From NCBI GenBank assembly GCA_041665505.1, contig JBAYIR010000001.1:220392-284391 (forward strand): 64,000 nt of DNA, given 5' to 3'. Shown here piece by piece: positions 8,474-17,756 of this stretch (within the stretch, counting starts at the first letter, position 1; every line of letters begins with the position of its first letter). This stretch comes from Patescibacteria group bacterium. GTDB taxonomy: Bacteria > Patescibacteriota > Patescibacteriia > UBA1558 > GWA2-36-10. Position numbers and translations under genes: made by a program. The notes under the pieces were generated by a model. The model ran no database searches, had not been told where the DNA came from, and saw nothing but the letters and a program-made list of their open reading frames with translations.

Positions 8474-10534
8474 ATGAAAAAAGAAAAAAATAAAAATAAA
8501 GTAGCCTTATTTGATAGATTTGGTTTTACCCCAATCTATTTATTAGTTTTACTTTTGGTATCTGCTATAGCCTTAGTGGTCATTATATCCAGAATTGATA
8601 GTAATAATAACCAAATTAGTTTTAATATTAATACGAAAATAAAAGATAATACTTTTAAAAAATTTAAATCAGTTGATGAATTTAAGGCCTATATAGAGGA
8701 TATGGACCAGACAGCTTATTATGGTGGTATGGGGATGGTTAGAAATTTTGCTCAATCAGAAACAATGATGCTAGATGAAGCTCAAGATATAGCCATGCCT
8801 GCGCCAGAGCTTGTTGTTGATGGAAATGGACTTGCACCAGATAGAGTTTCTGATACCAATGTCCAAGTGTTGGGGATTGACGAGCCAGATATAGTAAAAA
8901 CAGACGGTAAACAAATTTATTTTTCTGATAATATAGGGAACTATTGGATTTCTAATCCTATGCCAGCTGTTCGTATGATGGAGGATTCTTTTATTGATAT
9001 AGACCCAAGTGTAGAATTTCAAAATCAAGTTAAGACAAATATTATTAATGCCTGGCCAGCTAGTGATTTAGCTCTCAGCTCAAAAATTGATTTAGCTGGT
9101 GATTTACTGCTAGTAAAGAATATCTTAGTAGTTTTCTCTGGGCAAGATATTGTAGCTTATGATGTCTCAAATCCCAAAGAGCCAAGTAAAAAATGGAGTA
9201 TAAAATTGGATGAACAAACATACTTAATTACCTCTAGACTATATGGGGACAAAATTTATTTAGTCACCCAGACTAGCTTAAATAGAAGTAATCCTTGTCC
9301 AATCAGCCCCTTGGCTCTACAAGACAAGAAAATGATTGTGCCTTGTATGGATATTTATTATCCAAATAATTCTAGCTCAGTTGATTCTACTTTTACGGCT
9401 ATTAGTTTAAATCCTGAATCTGGCGAATTTGAGGATCAAATTTCCTTTGTCGGCAGTCAAAGTACAGCTAATATCTATATGTCAACTGATTCATTGTATA
9501 TTGCCTATACTCAAAATTTAAATATGTTTGATTACATGTTTAAATTTGTAAATACCGAGCTAAATGATTTGGCGCCAGCTAATGTCTTAGCTAAATTAAA
9601 TAAGCTTAATTCTTATGATATTAGTAGTCAGTCTAAATTAAATGAGTTACAAACTACACTTGATGAATGGCTACAAACTTTAGGTCAGGATGAAATGCTT
9701 AAAATGCAGACTGAAATGCAAAATAGAGCAGCCAAATATTATGAGGAAAATAAAAGAGCAGTTTTAAGCACTGGTATTGCTAAAATTGATATTGCCAATT
9801 TAGATATCAAAGCTAGTGGCAGTGTGCCTGGTTATTTACTCAACCAATTTGCTTTAGATGAATATAATGGTTATTTGAGAGTAGCCACTACTATTGGTGA
9901 GAGTTGGGGCTGGGGGATAAGTGCTGGTGGTACTCAAGTCAATGATGTCTATACTTTGGATAGTAATTTGAAAATAAGCGGATCTATTTTAGATTTAGGT
10001 TTAGGTGAGCGTATTTATGCCGCTAGATTTATGGGCGACGTTGGATATTTGGTTACTTTTAAACAAACTGATCCATTTTATGTTTTGGATTTATCAAACC
10101 CCAAAGAACCAAAGATGCTTGGTGAATTAAAAATTCCAGGCTATTCATCATATTTACATCCAATAGCTGACGGTAGAATACTAGGAGTCGGCATGGAAGA
10201 AGGTAAAGTAAAACTTTCATATTTTGATGTTTCAAATCCTTCTAATCCACAAGAAATTGCCAAATATTCTCTTGATGATTATGGTAGTGATGTTTTGTAT
10301 AATCACCATGCTTTTTTACAAGATCCAAAACATCAAGTATTTTTCTTGCCATCTTATAATGGTGGCTATGTATTTTCTTATGCCAATGAGCAGTTGGAAT
10401 TAGTCAAAACTGTGGCGGCCACTGATGCTAAACGGGCACTTTATATTGGCGATTATTTATATATTATAGCCAATGATTATGTGGCAGTGCTAGATGAAAA
10501 TAATTGGGAGAAGGTCAAGGATTTAGCTTTATAA
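8474..10534 (+). CDS. Membrane-anchored secreted beta-propeller domain protein
   Basis: N-terminal TM; TNVQVLGIDEPDIVKTDG, NQFALDEY.GYLRVATT, GERIYAARF, VTFKQTDPF, GELKIPGYSSYLHP. Confidence 0.85.
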   Translation: MKKEKNKNKVALFDRFGFTPIYLLVLLLVSAIALVVIISRIDSNNNQISFNINTKIKDNTFKKFKSVDEFKAYIEDMDQTAYYGGMGMVRNFAQSETMMLDEAQDIAMPAPELVVDGNGLAPDRVSDTNVQVLGIDEPDIVKTDGKQIYFSDNIGNYWISNPMPAVRMMEDSFIDIDPSVEFQNQVKTNIINAWPASDLALSSKIDLAGDLLLVKNILVVFSGQDIVAYDVSNPKEPSKKWSIKLDEQTYLITSRLYGDKIYLVTQTSLNRSNPCPISPLALQDKKMIVPCMDIYYPNNSSSVDSTFTAISLNPESGEFEDQISFVGSQSTANIYMSTDSLYIAYTQNLNMFDYMFKFVNTELNDLAPANVLAKLNKLNSYDISSQSKLNELQTTLDEWLQTLGQDEMLKMQTEMQNRAAKYYEENKRAVLSTGIAKIDIANLDIKASGSVPGYLLNQFALDEYNGYLRVATTIGESWGWGISAGGTQVNDVYTLDSNLKISGSILDLGLGERIYAARFMGDVGYLVTFKQTDPFYVLDLSNPKEPKMLGELKIPGYSSYLHPIADGRILGVGMEEGKVKLSYFDVSNPSNPQEIAKYSLDDYGSDVLYNHHAFLQDPKHQVFFLPSYNGGYVFSYANEQLELVKTVAATDAKRALYIGDYLYIIANDYVAVLDENNWEKVKDLAL

Positions 10535-10544
10535 AAAAAATTTA

Positions 10545-11360
10545 ATGAATCCAGATTTATATACTGAAAAATCGAAGGTCCAGAAAAACTATTATAATGA
10601 GACTGCCAGCAGATATGACGAGTGGCATATAGATCCGCCTAGCGCTAAAATAGTAGATTTTTGGAATTTCAACAATTTAAAAAAATTTCTTAAAAATGCT
10701 TTGCCTGATAGTCAAGCTGGGCATCTTCATAAGAGTTTAGAATTGGGCTGCGGCACTGGTCGTTTGGCCAATTCTTTATTTCAAATATCTGATGAGGTTT
10801 ATGGTGTTGATCTATCACAAGAGGTGCTTAAAATAGCCAAAGATAAATACCCTAAACTGATATTAGAATGTTCAGAGGTGGTAAATTTATCTTATCCTGA
10901 TAATTATTTTGACATGGTTATTATCAATGGTTCTTTGCATCATTTTTTTGCCGTAGAAAAAACATTTAAAGAAGCTTACCGGGTACTTAAAACCGGTGGA
11001 GTTTTTGTCTTGCTTGGTGAACCAAATAGCGAATTTTTAAAGCCTTATCATCCATTTTTTTATATTTGGGCTATTAATAGAATTTTTAATAGACTATTTA
11101 GTATTTTTAATCGCCAACATACAAAACAAGAATTGATTGAGCCAGATGCGGAGAGCTATAAACCTTGGGTATTAAAAAAACAACTAAAGCAGGCTGGCTT
11201 TGATGTCAAATTTTTTTATACTTATGATTATTTTGTCCGTAGTAATAATAAATTTTTATTAAAATTTTATAATCCTTACCTTAATTTTGAAAATAAAACT
11301 ATCAGCAAAATCTTTCCTTATTTAGGTTTGGCTATTCAAGCTTTTAGTATTAAGAAATAA
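10545..11360 (+). CDS. Class I SAM-dependent methyltransferase
   Basis: LELGCGTG, GVDLS, FDMV, RVLKTGG. Confidence 0.9.
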   Translation: MNPDLYTEKSKVQKNYYNETASRYDEWHIDPPSAKIVDFWNFNNLKKFLKNALPDSQAGHLHKSLELGCGTGRLANSLFQISDEVYGVDLSQEVLKIAKDKYPKLILECSEVVNLSYPDNYFDMVIINGSLHHFFAVEKTFKEAYRVLKTGGVFVLLGEPNSEFLKPYHPFFYIWAINRIFNRLFSIFNRQHTKQELIEPDAESYKPWVLKKQLKQAGFDVKFFYTYDYFVRSNNKFLLKFYNPYLNFENKTISKIFPYLGLAIQAFSIKK

Positions 11361-11364
11361 GCAT

Positions 11365-12267
11365 ATGAAAATTGCTGTATTAACTGGGGGTAAGAGTTCC
11401 GAAAGAGAAGTAGCACTAGCATCTAGCAAAAATGTTATAGATTCTTTAATTGCTAGACATCAGGTGAGTGTTTTTGATTTTCCAAATGACTTAGATAAAT
11501 TTTTAAGTACTTATAAAGACTATCAAGTAGCTATACCAGTTTTTCATGGTCCAGGAGGAGAGGATGGAGTAGTTCAAGGTTTTTTAAAAACTTTAGGTAT
11601 TCCTTTTATATTTTCTGATGTAGAAGCCCACGCCGTAGGTATGGACAAATATTTGAGTAAGCAGTTAGCAGAAAAAATCGGATTATTAACAGCTCCTTAT
11701 AATATTTTTGATAAATTTGAAAAAATAATTTTTACTAAATCAGTTGTAGTAAAACCACTAGCTGGCGGTAGTTCCATTGGTATTGCTATTGCTCACAATC
11801 AAGCTGATTTAGATAAGGCTTTTCAGGAAGCTTTTCAGTATAGTGATAAAGTATTGATAGAAGATTATATAGAAGGCAAAGAATTAACTGTACCAATTAT
11901 AGATAAGGGTGAAATATCCTTAGCACTACCAGTGATAGAAATACGTTCCAAGAATGATTTTTTTGATTATGAAAGTAAATATGACAATCAATTGGCAGAG
12001 GAAATTTGTCCAGCTCCTATAGCTGATGACCTAGCCAAAGAATTGCAAAGGCAAGCCTTAGAAATGCATAAAGCTTTGGGGGCTAGGCATATTAGCCGCA
12101 GTGATTTTATTGTTTCTAATGGTGCTATTAGTAAAATATATTTTTTAGAGATTAATACTATCCCTGGCATGACTGATAATTCACTTACTCCTAAGGCGAT
12201 TGTGGCTGGAGGGGAGAATTTTGCTGAGTTACTAGATATTTGGCTGGAATCAGTAACAATTAAATAG
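11365..12267 (+). CDS. ddl: D-alanine--D-alanine ligase
   Basis: GGKSSEREV, HGPGGEDG, GSSIG, FDYESKY, LEINTIPGMT. Confidence 0.96.
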   Translation: MKIAVLTGGKSSEREVALASSKNVIDSLIARHQVSVFDFPNDLDKFLSTYKDYQVAIPVFHGPGGEDGVVQGFLKTLGIPFIFSDVEAHAVGMDKYLSKQLAEKIGLLTAPYNIFDKFEKIIFTKSVVVKPLAGGSSIGIAIAHNQADLDKAFQEAFQYSDKVLIEDYIEGKELTVPIIDKGEISLALPVIEIRSKNDFFDYESKYDNQLAEEICPAPIADDLAKELQRQALEMHKALGARHISRSDFIVSNGAISKIYFLEINTIPGMTDNSLTPKAIVAGGENFAELLDIWLESVTIK

Positions 12268-12323
12268 CTCTTGTCAAAATCATTAAATATGTTAAAATAC
12301 GGACATTGTTGATTACAAAATAT

Positions 12324-13988
12324 ATGAATAAATATAGTGAAATTTCAAACAAAGGGCAGGTTACAAGTACCAAAATAAGGGTCACTTTTGGCATTATTTT
12401 TTTACTGACTATTTTTGCGGCGCTAATAGTTTGGCCAAGTGCTCCTGGCTGGTTTGGTAAATTTAAGGTTCATTTGGGGCTTGATTTACAAGGTGGCACA
12501 CATTTGGTCTATCAGGCTGATGTTTCTGCTCTAGAAGGAGCTGAAAAAAGAGAAGGTGTCCAAGCATTACGTGATGTGATAGAACATCGTGTTAATGCTT
12601 ATGGTGTCTCAGAATCAGTAGTACAGACAAATTTTAGTGGGGATAATTATCGTATTATTGTAGAGCTAGCTGGTGTAAAAGATGCTAATGAGGCTATTTC
12701 TATTATTGATAAAACTCCACATCTAGAATTTAAAACTCAAGGTGAGGCTGTTTTTGATGAAAGTGCTCAAGCTAAACTAGATGAGATTAAAGTCAAAGCC
12801 AAAGAAGTGTTGGCTAGAGCTCTAGCTGGTGAAGATTTTTCGAAATTAGCTTCAGAATATAGTGAAGATACTGCTTCCGCTGCTAGTGGTGGTGATTTGG
12901 GTTATGTGGCTAAAGGTTTATTTGTGCCCGAATTTGATAAAGTTATTTTTGATGAACTTCAATCCAATCAAATTGCTCCAGAATTAGTGGAATCTCAATT
13001 TGGCTATCACATTATTAAAAAAATAGATCAACGATTAAATGATAAAGGGGAAATAGAAGTACACGCCGCTCATATTTTATTTCAAAAGACTGATGCTGAC
13101 TTAGCTAATGTTGTTTGGCAAGATGTTGGTTTGACTGGCCGTGAAGTGGCTAAAGCCCAATTAAGTTTTGAACAAAATACTCAATCTCCATTGGTCCTTT
13201 TGTCATTCAATGATAATGGTAAAGAAATTTTTTCTAAAATTACTAGTGAAAATGTTGGTAAACCAATTGCTATATTTTTGGATAATGAAATAATTTCTAG
13301 CCCAGTAGTTAATGAAGCAATCAAAGATGGTCAAGCTCAAATTTCAGGTAGTTTTACTATTTCTGAAGCTAAAGAATTAGTTAAAAATTTAAATTTAGGA
13401 GCTTTACCTGTGCCAATAGAACTTATTAGCCAAACTACTATTGGAGCCAGTTTGGGAGCAGAATCATTAGATAAAAGTCTTTTGGCAGGACTAATTGGTC
13501 TGATAGCGGCTGCTTTGTTTATGATTATTTTTTATAGATTACCAGGATTATTATCTGTTTTAGCTTTAGTTGTCTATTCAGTATTATCTTTAGCAATTTT
13601 TGAATTAATACCTATTACTATGACTTTAGCTGGGGTAGCTGGTTTCATATTATCTATTGGTATGGCGGTAGATGCTAATGTGTTGATATTTGAGCGTACT
13701 AAAGAAGAACTTTATGAAGGTAAAAGCCTTAATACTTCTATAGAAAATGGTTTTACACGCGCCTGGTCTTCTATTAGAGATTCAAATATTTCGTCAATTA
13801 TTACTTGTGTGATATTAGCTTGGTTTGGTACTTCAATTGTCAAGGGTTTTGCTATTACTTTGGGTATTGGTATACTTGTTTCTATGTTCTCGGCCATTAC
13901 TGTTACTAGAACTTTTTTAAGATTAATAGTCAATAAGCGTTTGGAAAATAAATTAGGCTTATTTGGAGTAAAAAAAGCAAAGGAATAA
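12324..13988 (+). CDS. secD: Protein translocase subunit SecD with an inserted parvulin PPIase domain
   Basis: LGLDLQGG, GALPVP, IGMAVDANVLIFER; internal SED..SA..GGDLG...FGYHIIK; ATG at 12324 preferred. Confidence 0.95.
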   Translation: MNKYSEISNKGQVTSTKIRVTFGIIFLLTIFAALIVWPSAPGWFGKFKVHLGLDLQGGTHLVYQADVSALEGAEKREGVQALRDVIEHRVNAYGVSESVVQTNFSGDNYRIIVELAGVKDANEAISIIDKTPHLEFKTQGEAVFDESAQAKLDEIKVKAKEVLARALAGEDFSKLASEYSEDTASAASGGDLGYVAKGLFVPEFDKVIFDELQSNQIAPELVESQFGYHIIKKIDQRLNDKGEIEVHAAHILFQKTDADLANVVWQDVGLTGREVAKAQLSFEQNTQSPLVLLSFNDNGKEIFSKITSENVGKPIAIFLDNEIISSPVVNEAIKDGQAQISGSFTISEAKELVKNLNLGALPVPIELISQTTIGASLGAESLDKSLLAGLIGLIAAALFMIIFYRLPGLLSVLALVVYSVLSLAIFELIPITMTLAGVAGFILSIGMAVDANVLIFERTKEELYEGKSLNTSIENGFTRAWSSIRDSNISSIITCVILAWFGTSIVKGFAITLGIGILVSMFSAITVTRTFLRLIVNKRLENKLGLFGVKKAKE

Positions 13989-13992
13989 ATAT

Positions 13993-14898
13993 ATGTATAA
14001 TATTATTGGTAAAAGCAAAATTTGGCTTGGTATTTCTGGATTTTTAGTTTTAACTTCTATAGTTTTTTTGGCTATTTGGGGTTTTAAACTGGGTATTGAT
14101 TTCACAGGCGGTAGTATTTTAGAGGTGTCTTACTCCCAGCAAAGACCAACTATGGAACAAGTCCAAAATATTTTAGCTCCTTTGGAATTAGGTAGTTTAA
14201 AAATACAAGCAGGCGGTGAAAATGACTATATATTGCGTTTTGAAGAAATAGAGGAAACTACTCACCAAGATATTTTAGACAACTTGTCAGCTATTAAAGT
14301 TGAAGGTGTAGAAGAAAATCAATTATCTGAATCACGCTTTGAGGCTATTGGTCCAGCAGTGGGTGAAGAATTAAAGACTAAAGCCATACAGGCTATAATA
14401 ATAGTGTTAGTGTTTATTGTTTTGTATATTGCTTATGCTTTTCGTAAAGTATCTAAACCAGTTGCTTCTTGGAAATATGGCTTAGCAGCCATTGTGGCCT
14501 TAGCCCATGATATTTTAATAGTAGCTGGGGTGTTTTCAGCTTTAGGCTATTTTATGGGTGTAGAGATAGATACTTTGTTTGTTACAGCCTTATTAACTAT
14601 CCTTGGTTTTTCAGTTCATGATACTATTGTTACCTTTGATAGAATTAGAGAAAATTTGTTTCAAACTCATGACAAAGAATTTAAAGAAATAGTCAATATT
14701 AGTATTAATCAAACTATCACTAGATCTATTAATACTTCTTTTACCACTCTTTTGGTACTTTTGGCCATTTATTTCTTTGGTGGAGAGAGCATTAGATACT
14801 TTTCCTTGGCTTTAATTTTAGGTGTTATATTCGGTACCTACTCTTCAATTTTTATAGCTTCACCACTTTTGATACTTTGGAACAAGAGCAAAACATAA
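13993..14898 (+). CDS. secF: Protein translocase subunit SecF
   Basis: GIDFTGG, ALAHD, GFSVHDTIVTFDRIREN, GTYSSIFIA. Confidence 0.97.
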   Translation: MYNIIGKSKIWLGISGFLVLTSIVFLAIWGFKLGIDFTGGSILEVSYSQQRPTMEQVQNILAPLELGSLKIQAGGENDYILRFEEIEETTHQDILDNLSAIKVEGVEENQLSESRFEAIGPAVGEELKTKAIQAIIIVLVFIVLYIAYAFRKVSKPVASWKYGLAAIVALAHDILIVAGVFSALGYFMGVEIDTLFVTALLTILGFSVHDTIVTFDRIRENLFQTHDKEFKEIVNISINQTITRSINTSFTTLLVLLAIYFFGGESIRYFSLALILGVIFGTYSSIFIASPLLILWNKSKT

Positions 14899-14932
14899 AT
14901 TTATTATTTTAGCTAATATTAGTCAATATATT

Positions 14933-14964
14933 AAGACCCTTGATTTTTTGAAGTCAAGGGTCTT
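14933..14964 (+). terminator. Hairpin after secF that overlaps the -35 of the next promoter
   Basis: AAGACCCTTGA/TCAAGGGTCTT inverted repeat; TTGACT-17bp-TACTGT starts at 14963. Confidence 0.55.
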
Positions 14965-15044
14965 GACTAATTTTAAAAAATATGTTACTGTATAGATGAA
15001 TTTTATTATTAGAAATAAAATCAGATAAATTGTAAAGAAATAAT

Positions 15045-16148
15045 ATGTCTGGAATTTTAGACCAAGTAATTACATCAAAGCACTTGTCAAAGCTGTCTGA
15101 TTTTGATCCCCATCAAACTTTAGAAAATATTTTGACTGCTTTATCAGAGCGTGAGCAAGAAATCATAAAAATGCGTCACGGCTTGTCTGGTTCGGAGAAA
15201 AAAACTCTTGAGGACATTGGAAAACAATACGATGTTACTCGTGAAAGAATTAGACAAATTGAAAATACTTCTCTGAAAAAGATCAATAAAAACTTCAATC
15301 AAACTATTTTAAAAGAGATTGAAGATATAGCTAATGCTACTTTGTCTGAGCATGGAGGTTTGATGTCTGAGGATAATTTGATAGCCGAACTATTAGCTAT
15401 GCCTGGAGATTCAGAAGCTAATAGGGCTGCTATTAGGTTTATATTAAATCAACTTTTAAATCATAGATTTTATTTTGTCAAAGAATCAAAACAGCATAAC
15501 AGTTTTTGGAAGACTCCAGAAGCTAATGTAGATTTATTTCATGATACTATAGATAAGGTGCGCACCCTAGTTAATACTCATGGTGACCCACTAAGTTTAG
15601 AAGAACTTATAAATAAAATTCAAGAAACTGAATTCTATACCAATAATAATGATTTGACTGATAAAGTAGTAATAAACTTTATTACCGTCACTAAAAAATT
15701 AGAAGCCAATCCTTATGAAGAATGGGGTTTGGTGGAGTGGCCAAGCATTACTCCGCGTAGAATGAATGATAAGATATATTTGGTGCTTAAGAAAAAAGGT
15801 CAGCCAATGCACTTTACTGAAATTGCTGACACTATAAATCAAATGTCTTTTGACCATAGACAAGCTTATCCAGCTACAATCCATAATGAGTTAATTCTAG
15901 ATAAAAAATATGTTTTAGTTGGCCGTGGTATTTATGCTTTAAAAGAATGGGGTTATAAACCAGGGGTAGTAGCTGACGTCATAGCCGATATTTTAAAAGA
16001 TAGTGACAAGCCACTGACTAAAAAAGAAATAACACAAGCCGTTTTAGAAAAACGTATGATCAAAGAAACTACCATTACCCTAGCCCTAATGAATAAAGAT
16101 AGATTTGCTAGGGATGAAAGAGGTCGTTACTCATTAAAAACTGAATAA
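15045..16148 (+). CDS. Sigma70 region-4 HTH fused to winged-HTH (HARE-HTH / RNAP delta-like) domains
   Basis: LSEREQEIIKMRHGL...TLEDIGKQYDVTRERIRQIE; C-terminal PMHFTEIA...VGRGIYALKEWG; no sigma region 2. Confidence 0.75.
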   Translation: MSGILDQVITSKHLSKLSDFDPHQTLENILTALSEREQEIIKMRHGLSGSEKKTLEDIGKQYDVTRERIRQIENTSLKKINKNFNQTILKEIEDIANATLSEHGGLMSEDNLIAELLAMPGDSEANRAAIRFILNQLLNHRFYFVKESKQHNSFWKTPEANVDLFHDTIDKVRTLVNTHGDPLSLEELINKIQETEFYTNNNDLTDKVVINFITVTKKLEANPYEEWGLVEWPSITPRRMNDKIYLVLKKKGQPMHFTEIADTINQMSFDHRQAYPATIHNELILDKKYVLVGRGIYALKEWGYKPGVVADVIADILKDSDKPLTKKEITQAVLEKRMIKETTITLALMNKDRFARDERGRYSLKTE

Positions 16149-16156
16149 AAAAATTG

Positions 16157-16214
16157 AAAAACACCAGTCTTGGTAAATAGCTATTTTGCTAATAACTCAG
16201 GCGGGTGTTTTTTT
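16157..16214 (+). terminator. Probable intrinsic terminator
   Basis: AAAAACACC...GGTGTTTTTTT with an inner GTCT/AGGC pairing. Confidence 0.5.
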
Positions 16215-16263
16215 GTAAAAGGCTTTAAAAAAAAATCAAAAAAGGGTATAATATAAATACCTT

Positions 16264-17754
16264 ATGGAAATAACATTTGACTTTTCAGCATTATACGCGG
16301 CTATGGATCAAGGCTACGGAGCCATGGCTTGGTATTTCTTTAAAAACGGGGGGTGGATTATATATTTTTATGTAATTTCTCGCGGTATTTTTGAGATTTG
16401 GCATTTAAATCAAAATATAAAATGGTTTAATACCAATAAATTTGTGATTATCGCTATAGATGTACCAAAAAGTACCGAGCAAACTCCTAAGGCTGTGGAA
16501 CAACTTTTTTCTACTGTTTCTGGTGCTCACAATCCTTTGAATCTTAGAGAAATATATAAAGAAGGACAGTTTCAGCTTAGTTTTTCTTTTGAGATAGTTA
16601 GTATTGACGGCTATGTACAATTTTTAATTCGTACACCTAGCCAATGGCGCGATTTGATAGAAAGCTCTATTTATTCCCAGTATCCAGATGCAGAAATAAC
16701 CGAAGTGGAAGATTATGTTGATACAGTACCTGATCAATACCCAAATGAAACACACAATATTTGGGGTACGGAAATAATTTTAGCTGCCAAGGATGTTTAT
16801 CCTATTCGCACTTATACAGCTTTTGAAGATAATGTTTCAGGCGAATTTAAAGATCCAATAGCCTCACTGATTGAGACTATGAGTAAAATTCAGCTTGGTG
16901 AACAAGTCTGGGTTCAGATTATAGTCAGACCAACTGACACTAAATGGATTAAAAGAAGTCTGAAAGAAGCTTATAAAATTGCTGGTAAGAAATTTTCTGA
17001 GAAAAAAAGTTTTTTGTCTAGCATAATAGATCCTATTACTGGTTTATTTTTCTTGTCCACTGGTGAGCTTTGGGCTTGGCCACAGGATTTGACTGCTAGT
17101 ACTTCTAAAGCTAAAAAAGATGATATGCCATCTATGATGCTTCATTTAACTCCCGGTGAAAAAGGAGCAATAGAAGCCATAGAAGCTAAAGCTAGTAAAA
17201 CTGGTTTTGAATGTAAAATTCGTTTAATATATATATCACCCAAAGAAAAATTTTCTTCGGCTAGAGTCATATCGGCAGTTTTTGGATCCTTTAAACAATT
17301 CAATACGCTAGATTTAAATGCTTTTAAACCTGATCCAAGAACTAAAACTAAAATTAATTATTTTTTTATAAAGACTCTTACAAATTGGCGTAAAAGATCG
17401 ATTATGTCGGCTTATAAAAATCGTAGTGGAGCTATGGGGCATAATTATTTTATATTAAACACCGAAGAGCTAGCTACTATTTGGCATTTCCCAAGCTTAC
17501 TAATCAAAGCTCCACTACTCCAACGAACTGAAAGTAAAAAAGCTAATGCACCTTATTCACTGCCTATTTCTAAAATAGAAGAGAGTGATAAAAGTAAAGT
17601 GACAGAAGATTTAACTAGACAATTAGTCACTCCTAATTTTAATGTTGATATAGCTAATAAGTATTTTGAAGAACGTTTTGCTAAAAAAGATAATAGTGGA
17701 AGTCAAATACCAAAACGTAAGGGGCAAGCACCACCTAATTTACCAACTTCTTAA
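16264..17754 (+). CDS. Membrane protein homologous to the N-terminal domain of 2028..4490
   Basis: Shared motifs FS.EIVS..G, YP....V.DY, PI.TY..FE, DP.....LSK, LN.EE....H.P. Confidence 0.75.
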   Translation: MEITFDFSALYAAMDQGYGAMAWYFFKNGGWIIYFYVISRGIFEIWHLNQNIKWFNTNKFVIIAIDVPKSTEQTPKAVEQLFSTVSGAHNPLNLREIYKEGQFQLSFSFEIVSIDGYVQFLIRTPSQWRDLIESSIYSQYPDAEITEVEDYVDTVPDQYPNETHNIWGTEIILAAKDVYPIRTYTAFEDNVSGEFKDPIASLIETMSKIQLGEQVWVQIIVRPTDTKWIKRSLKEAYKIAGKKFSEKKSFLSSIIDPITGLFFLSTGELWAWPQDLTASTSKAKKDDMPSMMLHLTPGEKGAIEAIEAKASKTGFECKIRLIYISPKEKFSSARVISAVFGSFKQFNTLDLNAFKPDPRTKTKINYFFIKTLTNWRKRSIMSAYKNRSGAMGHNYFILNTEELATIWHFPSLLIKAPLLQRTESKKANAPYSLPISKIEESDKSKVTEDLTRQLVTPNFNVDIANKYFEERFAKKDNSGSQIPKRKGQAPPNLPTS

Positions 17755-17756
17755 AT

